DNA of 64,000 nt. Source: Patescibacteria group bacterium. Its GTDB lineage: Bacteria > Patescibacteriota > Minisyncoccia > Phycocordibacterales > DATDWN01. Location of the stretch: contig JAZKJH010000003.1 of the NCBI GenBank assembly GCA_040384485.1, positions 7,556 to 71,555 of the forward strand. The letters run 5' to 3'. Of this stretch, positions 47,236 to 55,441 are shown one piece after another (the stretch's first letter is position 1; each line of letters begins with the position of its first letter). The notes below the pieces were generated by a model that ran no database searches, had not been told where the DNA came from, and saw only the letters and a program-made list of their open reading frames with translations. The position numbers and the translations under genes were made by a program.

Positions 47236-48135
47236 ATGAACCCAAACTATGCACCTTACGAAAAACGAAAAGCAGATACTCAGTACAAGCACAATCTTCG
47301 ACGGGTGCTCAAACGAGGTCAGTTGACTGGAAATCCTTTCCAGACCCAAAAGACCCTGACGCACCTGACTTTGCCAGCCATGAATTTCAAATTGGCAAAC
47401 GGATTCCCGCTCATCACTGAGAGGAAAGCCAGTTTTTGGAGAGCTCCCATCGGTGAACTTCTTGCTTTCATTCACGGAGCAAGAACTATCGAGGAACTCG
47501 ATAGTTGGGGTTGCAAGTGGTGGGACAAATGGGCTACCCCTGAAAAATGTGCCGACTTTGGCCTGCCACCTGGCGACCTCGGTCCTGGCTCATACGGAGC
47601 TGCCTTCCACGACTTCCCCATGCCCAACGGTGGAACTTGGAACCAGTTCGAAGCTGTGATTAAGCAAATCAAAGCTTTGCCCAGCCTGAGAACGCATTTG
47701 GTTACAAGTTGGATTCCGTTCTACTCGGTTGGTGACAACAGAAAAGTTGTTGTGGCTCCGTGTCATGGAAACATGATTCAGATTACTGTAATCAATGGTA
47801 AGCTGACTCTTCGCATGGTACAGAGGTCAGGAGACTTTCCCATCGGTGTGCCGTCGAACATGGTTCAGTACGCGGCGCTGACTATTATGATTGCACATGT
47901 CACTGGTTACGAGCCATACATGTACATTCACCAAGTCAACGATGCCCAGATGTATCTGGATCAGGAGGAACAAGTGCGTGGAATTGTTTCGAGAGAGACA
48001 GTTCCGTACCCAACCCTCAGGCTCACTGCGGAAGGTTTGAAAGTCACTGACTTGTTCGATTTCAGACCAGAGCATTTCGAGTTGTCTGACTACCACCCAG
48101 GACCAGCGATCCCGGGTATCCCAGCGACAATCTAG
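47236..48135 (+). CDS. thyA: Divergent thymidylate synthase (ThyA family)
   Basis: GFPLIT, ELLAF, WDKW, DLGP..YG, APCH, QRSGD, PSN; likely ATG 47236. Confidence 0.88.
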   Translation: MNPNYAPYEKRKADTQYKHNLRRVLKRGQLTGNPFQTQKTLTHLTLPAMNFKLANGFPLITERKASFWRAPIGELLAFIHGARTIEELDSWGCKWWDKWATPEKCADFGLPPGDLGPGSYGAAFHDFPMPNGGTWNQFEAVIKQIKALPSLRTHLVTSWIPFYSVGDNRKVVVAPCHGNMIQITVINGKLTLRMVQRSGDFPIGVPSNMVQYAALTIMIAHVTGYEPYMYIHQVNDAQMYLDQEEQVRGIVSRETVPYPTLRLTAEGLKVTDLFDFRPEHFELSDYHPGPAIPGIPATI

Positions 48136-48218
48136 TTCTTTCCAAACACACAAGCTGTACTCTCTGGGGTATGGCTTGTTTTTTATTCGCAAAGTGATAT
48201 AAAGCTATTGGAGGAAAC

Positions 48219-48674
48219 ATGTCCGAAGTACACCTTGGAAACGCTCGGGATCCCGAACAACTCCGAAGAATGGAGGAATTGCAAAAAAAAGGAGACTGTC
48301 ATTTTTGTGGAGACATTGGCCAGAAACACACTGCGCCTGTTATCAAAACGACAGAAAACTGGTTTGTAGTTGCAAACGACTTTCCGTACAAAGGTTCAAT
48401 TCACCACTATCTGGTAGTAAGTCGTGCTCACATCACGAAAATTTCCGAGGTGAGAACCGATGCAAGAATTGAACTGTTTGAAGTTGCTCATTGGCTCGAA
48501 ACAAAACTTGATGTAAATGGATTTTCATTTTTTGTCCGGTCAGGAAACATGTCGCTGACTGGTGCAACACTCGACCATTTGCATTTCCATTTTTTGGTTG
48601 GTGCCGAAAAGCCAAAGAACGCGAAATTTCCCGATGACAACTTGCTTGTAACCCTAGGGTACAAGGAAAAATAA
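48219..48674 (+). CDS. HIT family nucleotide hydrolase
   Basis: CHFC, NDFPY..HYLVV, HLHFH triad; SD GGAGG. Confidence 0.88.
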   Translation: MSEVHLGNARDPEQLRRMEELQKKGDCHFCGDIGQKHTAPVIKTTENWFVVANDFPYKGSIHHYLVVSRAHITKISEVRTDARIELFEVAHWLETKLDVNGFSFFVRSGNMSLTGATLDHLHFHFLVGAEKPKNAKFPDDNLLVTLGYKEK

Positions 48675-48712
48675 ATAACCCCCGACTCTACTCACGTAGA
48701 CTCGGGGGTTTT

Positions 48713-49567
48713 TCAAATTCTCACCTGAACAATGGAAACTCTTCCCTCACGCAAGACTTCCGTCGCATTCAGAACTGAGTAACCATCCTTAAAGAACACT
48801 TTCTTGATTCCTGCTGCCACAATTTCTCGGGCGCAGTCCTCACATGGGAAAGTTGTAACGTACACAGAAGCACCTTCTGTAGCCAAACCTCTCCTGGCAC
48901 ATTCAGCAATCACTCCTCGCTCTGCATGCATTGCACAAGACTTTCCCTTCTCTCCTGCATTTGCATATAAACGAGGATCACTGAACGCATAAGTTACGTA
49001 TTCATCAGGCATGTGCCTGTTGAAGGCAATGGCGAGAGAATCACCTTTGGAGTCCACGATGAGTGCTGCAACTTGCCGCCACCAATCAGGACTTTTAGGT
49101 AAAACTTGTATTGCCGCTTTCATACAAACTTTGTCAAAGTGACTGTTACTAACGACCATATCTGGAATAACCGGCTGCTCCCTAGTCACTGCAGACATAT
49201 CGTATCTTGCCCAAATCATTTCAAATACAATCTGTTCTTTTGGAACATCTTGCATGAACTTCTCAACAAGAAGTTGTGTGACATCTTCGTCAGGCAGGTA
49301 AACTTTACATCCTGATACATAAGACAGATGCTCTTTCACATCCTCAGTGCCAACTACATACACAGAGCGAACTAGGCCACCGATTCCCTCAATCGACTCC
49401 TTAATCATATGTGCGGGTAAGGAAGCCATGTTTCTAGCCAACCTAGGCACAAGGGACTCTACAAGTTCTTTTGAAACCAGATACAAAACCGAGTTCGGAC
49501 CGTGTTTCGTAAACCAATCAATGTGTCGTTGGTTGAGTGTGGGTATGTAAGCAACAAGAATACTCAT
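48713..49567 (-). CDS. dCMP/CMP deaminase with an N-terminal degenerate nucleotidyltransferase-like domain
   Basis: C-terminal KSPDWWRQV, HAE, FPCEDCA zinc motifs; extra ~120-aa N-terminus AYIPTLNQRH. Confidence 0.82.
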   Translation of the reverse strand: MSILVAYIPTLNQRHIDWFTKHGPNSVLYLVSKELVESLVPRLARNMASLPAHMIKESIEGIGGLVRSVYVVGTEDVKEHLSYVSGCKVYLPDEDVTQLLVEKFMQDVPKEQIVFEMIWARYDMSAVTREQPVIPDMVVSNSHFDKVCMKAAIQVLPKSPDWWRQVAALIVDSKGDSLAIAFNRHMPDEYVTYAFSDPRLYANAGEKGKSCAMHAERGVIAECARRGLATEGASVYVTTFPCEDCAREIVAAGIKKVFFKDGYSVLNATEVLREGRVSIVQVRI

Positions 49568-50253
49568 TGCTTATCTCCCTCCTTTTTGCCCAATTTCACA
49601 GTGCGACCTTCTCGATGAAAATAATCTTCGATGGCTGTACTGATACCATTAATTGCTGCCCTCGCCGAATTCAAAGACTCGTCGATATGATCAACAAGTC
49701 CACCAGCTCCGTCAATCATCAAGTCCCGAAGACGTGCGGTTGTGGAAATAGTCGCTGTTGGCTCAAGAACCACCAGCTCTCCACAAAGCTCTTTAAGCTT
49801 TCGGTGGTCTTCCTCACTGATATCTTTTGTAGATTTGGACATTACTAGAACATCTGGTTTGATTAACCGGATGATATACATCGGATCGTCAACATGCCGG
49901 TCAACATCCCGAATTGTCAAAATGTTAACAGAACGAATGTTTGCCAGAAGCTCTAACCTTTCCTCGAAAGGCACGGCTGGTCGTCGTTCGTTGGCCTTGC
50001 CTTTGCGAAGACGCGTGTACTCATCAGAGTCCACTGCCACCACAAGAATTGCACCTTCTCCGCCTGCCTTCAAAGCTTCTGCGAGATAACGTGCATGACC
50101 GATGTGTAAAAGATCGTAAACGCCTTGGGTCATCACAATGGGATGGCCGACTTGTCGAAATGACTCGATTGTTCGAGTCAAAACTTCGTAATCAGCGATA
50201 AACCTATCTTTCAGGTCAACGGTTGTGCCGAGAATCCTTCTCAATGGAACCAT
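49564..50253 (-). CDS. Cytidylyltransferase-like (HIGH) nucleotidyltransferase
   Basis: TQGVYDLLHIGHARYL, VAVDSD, RP.VPFEERL, IKPD, ISTT; likely ATG 50253 with SD GGGAG; ATGA overlap with the deaminase. Confidence 0.88.
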   Translation of the reverse strand: MVPLRRILGTTVDLKDRFIADYEVLTRTIESFRQVGHPIVMTQGVYDLLHIGHARYLAEALKAGGEGAILVVAVDSDEYTRLRKGKANERRPAVPFEERLELLANIRSVNILTIRDVDRHVDDPMYIIRLIKPDVLVMSKSTKDISEEDHRKLKELCGELVVLEPTATISTTARLRDLMIDGAGGLVDHIDESLNSARAAINGISTAIEDYFHREGRTVKLGKKEGDKQ

Positions 50254-50363
50254 ATCATTCTCCCTATCAAATAACTTTCCTGCTATAAAGATATACCAAC
50301 CAAACAAAAAAGATACTGGACATCCAGTATCTTTTTTGTTTTAAAATTTGTTTAAATTTTAGA

Positions 50364-50786
50364 CTATTTTACGTCCACGCCCATACTTCGAGCACTTCCT
50401 TCGATGATTTTCATTGCTGCCTCAACATCGTTTGCGTTTAGGTCAGGCATTTTCTTTTCTGCTATTTCTTTCACCTGAGCTTTTGTAAGAGTTCCTATCT
50501 TAGAAACTGCGTTTTTACCAGAGCCTTTTTCTTTTCCTAGAGCTTTCAAAATAAGGTTTGAAGCTGGAGGAGTCTTAAGTACGAAAGAGAAAGTTCTGTC
50601 CTCGTATACTGAGATTTCTACAGGAACAACATCTCCCACCATTTTAGATGTAGCATCGTTGAACTGCTTTACGAATTCACCAATGTTTACTCCCGCCTGT
50701 CCCAAGGCTGGTCCAACTGGAGGCGCAGGGTTAGCCTTACCTGCTGGAATGACGAGTTTTAGTTTTTTTGTTATCTTTTTTGCCAT
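50364..50786 (-). CDS. rplK: 50S ribosomal protein L11
   Basis: [35 protein letters not shown]. Confidence 0.98.
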   Translation of the reverse strand: MAKKITKKLKLVIPAGKANPAPPVGPALGQAGVNIGEFVKQFNDATSKMVGDVVPVEISVYEDRTFSFVLKTPPASNLILKALGKEKGSGKNAVSKIGTLTKAQVKEIAEKKMPDLNANDVEAAMKIIEGSARSMGVDVK

Positions 50787-50831
50787 AAATTTGTGTGGTG
50801 ATACTCTAATATAAAATCACTTAAATTGCAA

Positions 50832-51377
50832 TTATATCTTCTTAATTTGTAGGAAATCCAATTCGACAGGTGTTTCTCGTCCGAACATAGCTACGAGGAC
50901 CTTTACCTTACCTCTCTCCTCATCTACCTCGTTTACCTTACCTTCCAAATCCTTGAATGGACCATCAACGATCTTGATAGCGTCGTTTATAGCAAGGTCA
51001 ATTTTGTGTTTTGCTGTATGAGCATTCATCCGGGCAAACAAATCATCAACCTCCTTTTTATCTATTGGAACTGGATACACTCCTGAACCTACGAAACCGG
51101 TAACACGGGGGGTGTTTCTAACCACGAACCAAGAATCCTCAGTCACTATCATGTCTACCAAAATGTAACCAGGATATATTTTTTCATCTTCCTCAACTCT
51201 TTTACCAGCCTTTATTTTTATTTTCTTTTCTGTAGGAACAATCACGTTGAAAATTTTGTCTTCCATTCCAAGGGATTCTATTCTTTGTTTTAGGTTTCTT
51301 TGCACTGCGTTCTCATACCCAGAGTATGTGTGAACCACGTACCAATTTCTCCCAGTTTGCACTTGTTGTCGTGACAT
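50832..51377 (-). CDS. nusG: Transcription factor NusG
   Basis: WYVVHTYSGYE, YPGY, VRNTPRVTGFVG, FGRETPVEL. Confidence 0.97.
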   Translation of the reverse strand: MSRQQVQTGRNWYVVHTYSGYENAVQRNLKQRIESLGMEDKIFNVIVPTEKKIKIKAGKRVEEDEKIYPGYILVDMIVTEDSWFVVRNTPRVTGFVGSGVYPVPIDKKEVDDLFARMNAHTAKHKIDLAINDAIKIVDGPFKDLEGKVNEVDEERGKVKVLVAMFGRETPVELDFLQIKKI

Positions 51378-51405
51378 ATTTTATAGTAGGTTAAAAGTAA
51401 ATAAA

Positions 51406-51585
51406 TTAAATAACAAACTTCTCGATGATTTGCTGAAGAATATAATCAAAGAATCCCAAAAAGAATGCAGTAAAGATTGATATCAAAACTACGACAATAG
51501 TAAAAATAGTTGCCTGACTTTTTGTCGGCCAACTAACGTGCTTTAACTCTCCTCTTGTATCTTTTATGTATGTTATAAGACTCAT
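51406..51585 (-). CDS. secE: Preprotein translocase subunit SecE (59 aa, below the ORF-track cutoff)
   Basis: Hand translation MSLITYIKDTRGELKHVSWPTK...TM; directly upstream of nusG. Confidence 0.93.
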   Translation of the reverse strand: MSLITYIKDTRGELKHVSWPTKSQATIFTIVVVLISIFTAFFLGFFDYILQQIIEKFVI

Positions 51586-51725
51586 AAATTTGTATTAAAA
51601 AACCCCTCCTGGGGTCCTGATTTATATGTATATATAATACTCCTTTAAGGTTAAATAGTCAATACCAAAAACTGACAAACAAAAACCCCTATTTAGGGGT
51701 TTTTGTTGAGCCATATTTTGAGAAG

Positions 51726-52544
51726 TTATCTTACTTCGTAAACTATGGTTACGTTAGACACGATTTCATTTTCTCCTACAGGTAGCTGAGGTGCTGCAGA
51801 CTGTGCAACTGCCATGTCAGCTGAGATACTCTTGGATTCCATACCACCCATTCCGTAGTACATAGGATAGTAATCCCCTTGCTCTGAGAAGTTCACAATC
51901 TTAACTAATTTTAATCCTAGAGAACGAGCTAGCACTTTTGCTTCTTCTTTTGCATTTTCTATCGCCTCCTCTCTTGCTTGTTTTTTAACACCCTCTAGAT
52001 CATCGACAACAAAATTTAAACCACTAACATTTGAGGCTCCGAGAGATCCTATTTTTGTTAAAACATCCCCTGCTTCTTCTGTCTTTCTGATTTTAACTGT
52101 TATGTTTTGACTTACTTCATAACCAGTTAATACTTCTCTTCCTGGAGGACAATAACCTCCTGCACAAACTCCTCCTGTTCTATATTCATACTTTGGGTAT
52201 GAGTTGTATCCAGTTGTCTTAATATCTTTTTCTTCAATATTCATAGCCTTAAGTGCATCTAAAATTGTATTCATTTTTTTAGTTGCCTTATCTTGAGCGA
52301 CTGCTACTGTATTTCCAGTTTCAGTTACTGAAAAATTAACCTCTGCTACATCTGGAATCGCTACAATAGTACCTTTTCCAGTAACGTTTATAGTATTTGT
52401 CGGGTACACATTACCTCCTATATATCGAAACTCTTTAAGGGTATTTAGAGCCTTAAGACCTAGGAAGACTGCTAATAAAAATACCACGGCTATCAAGCCG
52501 TTAATAAGTCTTCTTCTTTGTATATCTGTCAGATTTATGAACAT
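51726..52544 (-). CDS. SIMPL/DUF541 (YggE-like) protein
   Basis: TINVTGKG...PDVA, IKTTGY..YPKY, AREEAIENAKEEA. Confidence 0.88.
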   Translation of the reverse strand: MFINLTDIQRRRLINGLIAVVFLLAVFLGLKALNTLKEFRYIGGNVYPTNTINVTGKGTIVAIPDVAEVNFSVTETGNTVAVAQDKATKKMNTILDALKAMNIEEKDIKTTGYNSYPKYEYRTGGVCAGGYCPPGREVLTGYEVSQNITVKIRKTEEAGDVLTKIGSLGASNVSGLNFVVDDLEGVKKQAREEAIENAKEEAKVLARSLGLKLVKIVNFSEQGDYYPMYYGMGGMESKSISADMAVAQSAAPQLPVGENEIVSNVTIVYEVR

Positions 52545-52609
52545 ATTTAATACTGGTTATTACTTTATAATGCAAACATTATACCATAGACGTAACTATT
52601 GACCTTTTA

Positions 52610-53152
52610 TTACAACCATTTTTTTGACACGTAAACAATTGTTACCCCCAAAACTATTCCGGCCACGATGTCCGACAACCAATGCACTCCTAAGTAGACC
52701 CTAGAAAACGCCACAATAAATATAAAAGTTACACAAAAGAACAAGGCCGGAAACCTGCGAATTCCTTTCAACTGTTCCTTAAAAATATAATAGAGTGACA
52801 AGAAAAAAACTGTAGCGATGGTCGCGTGGTAACTCGGAAAACTGTTACTCAAAACTGCCACAACCCCCCCATCCGGACGGTTGATACCAAAAATATATTT
52901 TAAAATCAGAACCAAAATACCAGTTATAAGTATGGTTGCCCCAAACAAAAAGGCCGTTCTAATGTTTTTATGATATAGAATTAGTAAAATAGAAATCCCA
53001 ATTAGCAAAACGAAATAGATATCTGCATCAAATGCTCGGGTAAAAAAGTGAAAAAAATCCGTCAAAAATGGAACTCTGTTGGTTAGGAAATATTCATAAA
53101 CAAGTAAATCGAAAAAGTTCATATTAATTTTCAAACCGCGCGTATATCCCAC
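52610..53152 (-). CDS. PAP2 family phosphatase
   Basis: K....RP, SFPSYH, SRVYLGVHWLSD; true start may be the later MNFF. Confidence 0.88.
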   Translation of the reverse strand: MGYTRGLKINMNFFDLLVYEYFLTNRVPFLTDFFHFFTRAFDADIYFVLLIGISILLILYHKNIRTAFLFGATILITGILVLILKYIFGINRPDGGVVAVLSNSFPSYHATIATVFFLSLYYIFKEQLKGIRRFPALFFCVTFIFIVAFSRVYLGVHWLSDIVAGIVLGVTIVYVSKKWL

Positions 53153-54005
53153 TAGGCAAAAGTTTGTTGGATTCTGACTGCTTAATAAAAAGCTCTCCTG
53201 AACTCAAACCCCCTTCTATCCCCTCTAAAGCTCCCCCCAAAACCTGCAAATATGTTTTGTGGGAATAAACTGAGGAATACCCGTTTAGGATAACGGCAAC
53301 AGGATTTGGAGACAGGATTTTTTTTATTTTTTTTAAAAAAGGAGCTAAATCTTCTTCTATTTTCCACACTTCATTTTTAACCCCCTTTCCATATACAGGA
53401 GGATCAAGTAGGACTATGTCATATTTTTTCCCTCTTTTTATTTCTCTCTCAACAAACTTTCTTACATCGTCCACAATAAGTCTAACTGGTTTCTCTCGTA
53501 GATTGTTTAGCTTTAAATTTTTGTCAGTTAAATCAACTGCGAACTTGGAAGCATCTACATGACAGACAGCGGCCCCAGCTCTCAAACAGGCCATTGTTGC
53601 ACCGCCAGTATAAGCAAAAAGGTTAAGCACTTCTATATTTCTTCCCTTTTCAACATGTTTCGATATTTTCTCCTCAAGCCAACTCCAGTGGGAAGACTGT
53701 TCAGGAAAAACTCCTGTATGTTTCGATGGTAACAACTTTAGATTAAAAGCTAATCCGGAAATATCTACGGATAGTCTTTCTGGATTTTCAATCGTATTTA
53801 TTTTCCAAGCACCTGCAGCGCCAGTGCGACTAAAAACCGCATCAGCCGCAGCCCAAACATTCTCTCCGAGAGACTTGGACCATATTGCCTGTGCTTCGGG
53901 TCTTCGTAAAACAATACTACCGAACTTCTCTAATTTTTCTCCTTCTCCGCTATCTATTAGCTCGTAGTCGTTTTGTTTTTCAGTAATGAGATCTCCTTTT
54001 TGCAT
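53124..54005 (-). CDS. Class I SAM-dependent methyltransferase (RlmI/RlmK-like)
   Basis: YELIDSG..EKLE, HTGVFPEQ, LNLFAYTGG, LDPP. Confidence 0.85.
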   Translation of the reverse strand: MQKGDLITEKQNDYELIDSGEGEKLEKFGSIVLRRPEAQAIWSKSLGENVWAAADAVFSRTGAAGAWKINTIENPERLSVDISGLAFNLKLLPSKHTGVFPEQSSHWSWLEEKISKHVEKGRNIEVLNLFAYTGGATMACLRAGAAVCHVDASKFAVDLTDKNLKLNNLREKPVRLIVDDVRKFVEREIKRGKKYDIVLLDPPVYGKGVKNEVWKIEEDLAPFLKKIKKILSPNPVAVILNGYSSVYSHKTYLQVLGGALEGIEGGLSSGELFIKQSESNKLLPSGIYARFEN

Positions 54006-54092
54006 ACACTCAATTGTATCAAAGAAAATATTAAAATGATAAAAGAAGATATAGAAAAAAGCTCGACACGATGGTATGTGTCGAGCTTTTGT

Positions 54093-54509
54093 TTACAAAA
54101 ACCTGGGAAGGTGTGAGATGGTTGCCCAAATCACCATGCTCTCCAAAAAAAGAGAAGGTACAGAAAACCTTGTTCTATGTCCGTCATAGATGAGACACAG
54201 CCCCAGACATACCGCTAAGTAAAGGTGAACACTAGCAACAATAAAGCTGCCGTCTGCACCGAAACTAAAGTTCGAGAATCCGAAACTCACGACTGAAACT
54301 ATGGCTGCCAGACAAGATATTGCAATCGAAAACCACCCTTTTCTAAAGGCGGTAAGTGCAACAGCTCCGATTAAGCAACTGACCAACACCAGGGCAAGTT
54401 CCTCACTCATATGATTGATGAGGAATAAATAAGAACTGATTGTGACCAAAACTGAAAAAGTTTCGGCCAAAAGCAGCTCAAGAAACCTCTGTCGCTTTGA
54501 CTCAGTCAT
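54093..54509 (-). CDS. Hypothetical integral membrane protein (orphan cassette)
   Basis: Four to five hydrophobic segments; SD GAGGAGG; hairpin at about 54057-54090. Confidence 0.6.
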   Translation of the reverse strand: MTESKRQRFLELLLAETFSVLVTISSYLFLINHMSEELALVLVSCLIGAVALTAFRKGWFSIAISCLAAIVSVVSFGFSNFSFGADGSFIVASVHLYLAVCLGLCLIYDGHRTRFSVPSLFLESMVIWATISHLPRFL

Positions 54510-54569
54510 ATCATCCTCCTCAAAAAGCTCTGTATATAATTAAGAACTATCCCTACAATAAAGTCAAAT

Positions 54570-55025
54570 CTAGTTTTGATTTTTAAACTCATCTCTCACT
54601 TCCATCCAGATTTTGCCTAAATGGTTTTGCCCGTTTTTGTTTGGTCCCCACCCCCAAAAGTCGTCTCTCCAAGAATCCTCTACAAGTTCTTTCCCACCTG
54701 ACTCAAGCAACTTCTCTTTGACATAAGGGTGCTGTAAAACCTTTTGTATTAAAATACTTTTCATTACATTCAACTTTATTTCGTCCCAATTTGAAACCTG
54801 TTTGTCTTTATGCAGCCTAGCGACCAACATAGCATCGTGAGCAGATTTGGTGTCTCTGATTTCTTCTTTTATATTCTCATTATCAAATTTCTCAGAATGA
54901 TACACGTGCTCGGAAGTCATATACGTCTTCCCTTTCCAATCTATAGCAAATGAAGAGAAGTTGGAAAAAACATAGTATTCATTTTCGTAAAAGAATATTT
55001 GTGTTTCGGTATCTAATCTATACAT
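54570..55025 (-). CDS. NADAR family protein (YbiA/DUF1768)
   Basis: FSNF, TSEHVY..KF, W...K..VM, LVEDS..D.FWG, GQNHLGKIWMEVR. Confidence 0.9.
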   Translation of the reverse strand: MYRLDTETQIFFYENEYYVFSNFSSFAIDWKGKTYMTSEHVYHSEKFDNENIKEEIRDTKSAHDAMLVARLHKDKQVSNWDEIKLNVMKSILIQKVLQHPYVKEKLLESGGKELVEDSWRDDFWGWGPNKNGQNHLGKIWMEVRDEFKNQN

Positions 55026-55089
55026 GACTAAATATTATCACTTAAGAACAGAAAAGTCCTTACACCGTAAGGACTTTTCTGTTCTTTTG

Positions 55090-55260
55090 TTTTGGGTGGC
55101 TACAGGGAATTGGTCACGAGTTTCTAATTCACTTCGTTCATAAGAACTCTCGACCCCGACTCGGCCCCAGCCTATGGCTGGCTTCGCGGCCTCCGTCTTT
55201 CGACTCCCCGTATCCATACCAAAAATATATTTCGCAAACACTCCGCATTTCCTGCGTTAT
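55090..55260 (-). repeat. tRNA-His-appended element (family A core 55112-55197) framed by inverted (55199-55221) and direct (55090-55108) copies of the tRNA 3' end
   Basis: Direct repeat ttttgggtggctacaggga; inverted ttcgactccccgtatccatacca; core homologous to 61488-61574. Confidence 0.7.
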
Positions 55261-55265
55261 TTTTG

Positions 55266-55337
55266 GGTGGCTACAGGGAGTTGAACCCTGACTAAAAGCT
55301 CCACAAGCTCTTGTGCTACCGCTACACCATAGCCACC
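55266..55337 (-). tRNA. tRNA-His(GTG)
   Basis: Cloverleaf GTGGCTA/TAGCCAC with G-1:C73; anticodon arm AGAGC-TTGTGGA-GCTTT; T loop TTCAACT. Confidence 0.93.
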
Positions 55338-55441
55338 ATATTGCTTCAATAATATGAAGATTACTAATTTATACCAGAAAGGAGCGTTTTAGTCTATAAA
55401 ATAGTCTTGGATATTATTATATTCAATACTATAATGACCGA

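Noticed and set aside
47236-48135. dCMP hydroxymethylase / DNA hypermodification gene
   Set aside because: Retains the Asn177 equivalent (uracil specificity), is linked to DHFR, and has no phage replication context.
55038-55241. Short ORFs over tRNA-adjacent elements (also 59131-59478, 61666-61884, 29652-29870)
   Set aside because: They overlap tRNAs or palindromic elements and lack start signals.
55090-55279. attL/attR of a prophage or integrative element at tRNA-His (likewise at tRNA-Leu)
   Set aside because: The repeats are only 171 and 97 bp apart, with no integrase or cargo; treated as tRNA-appended mini-elements.
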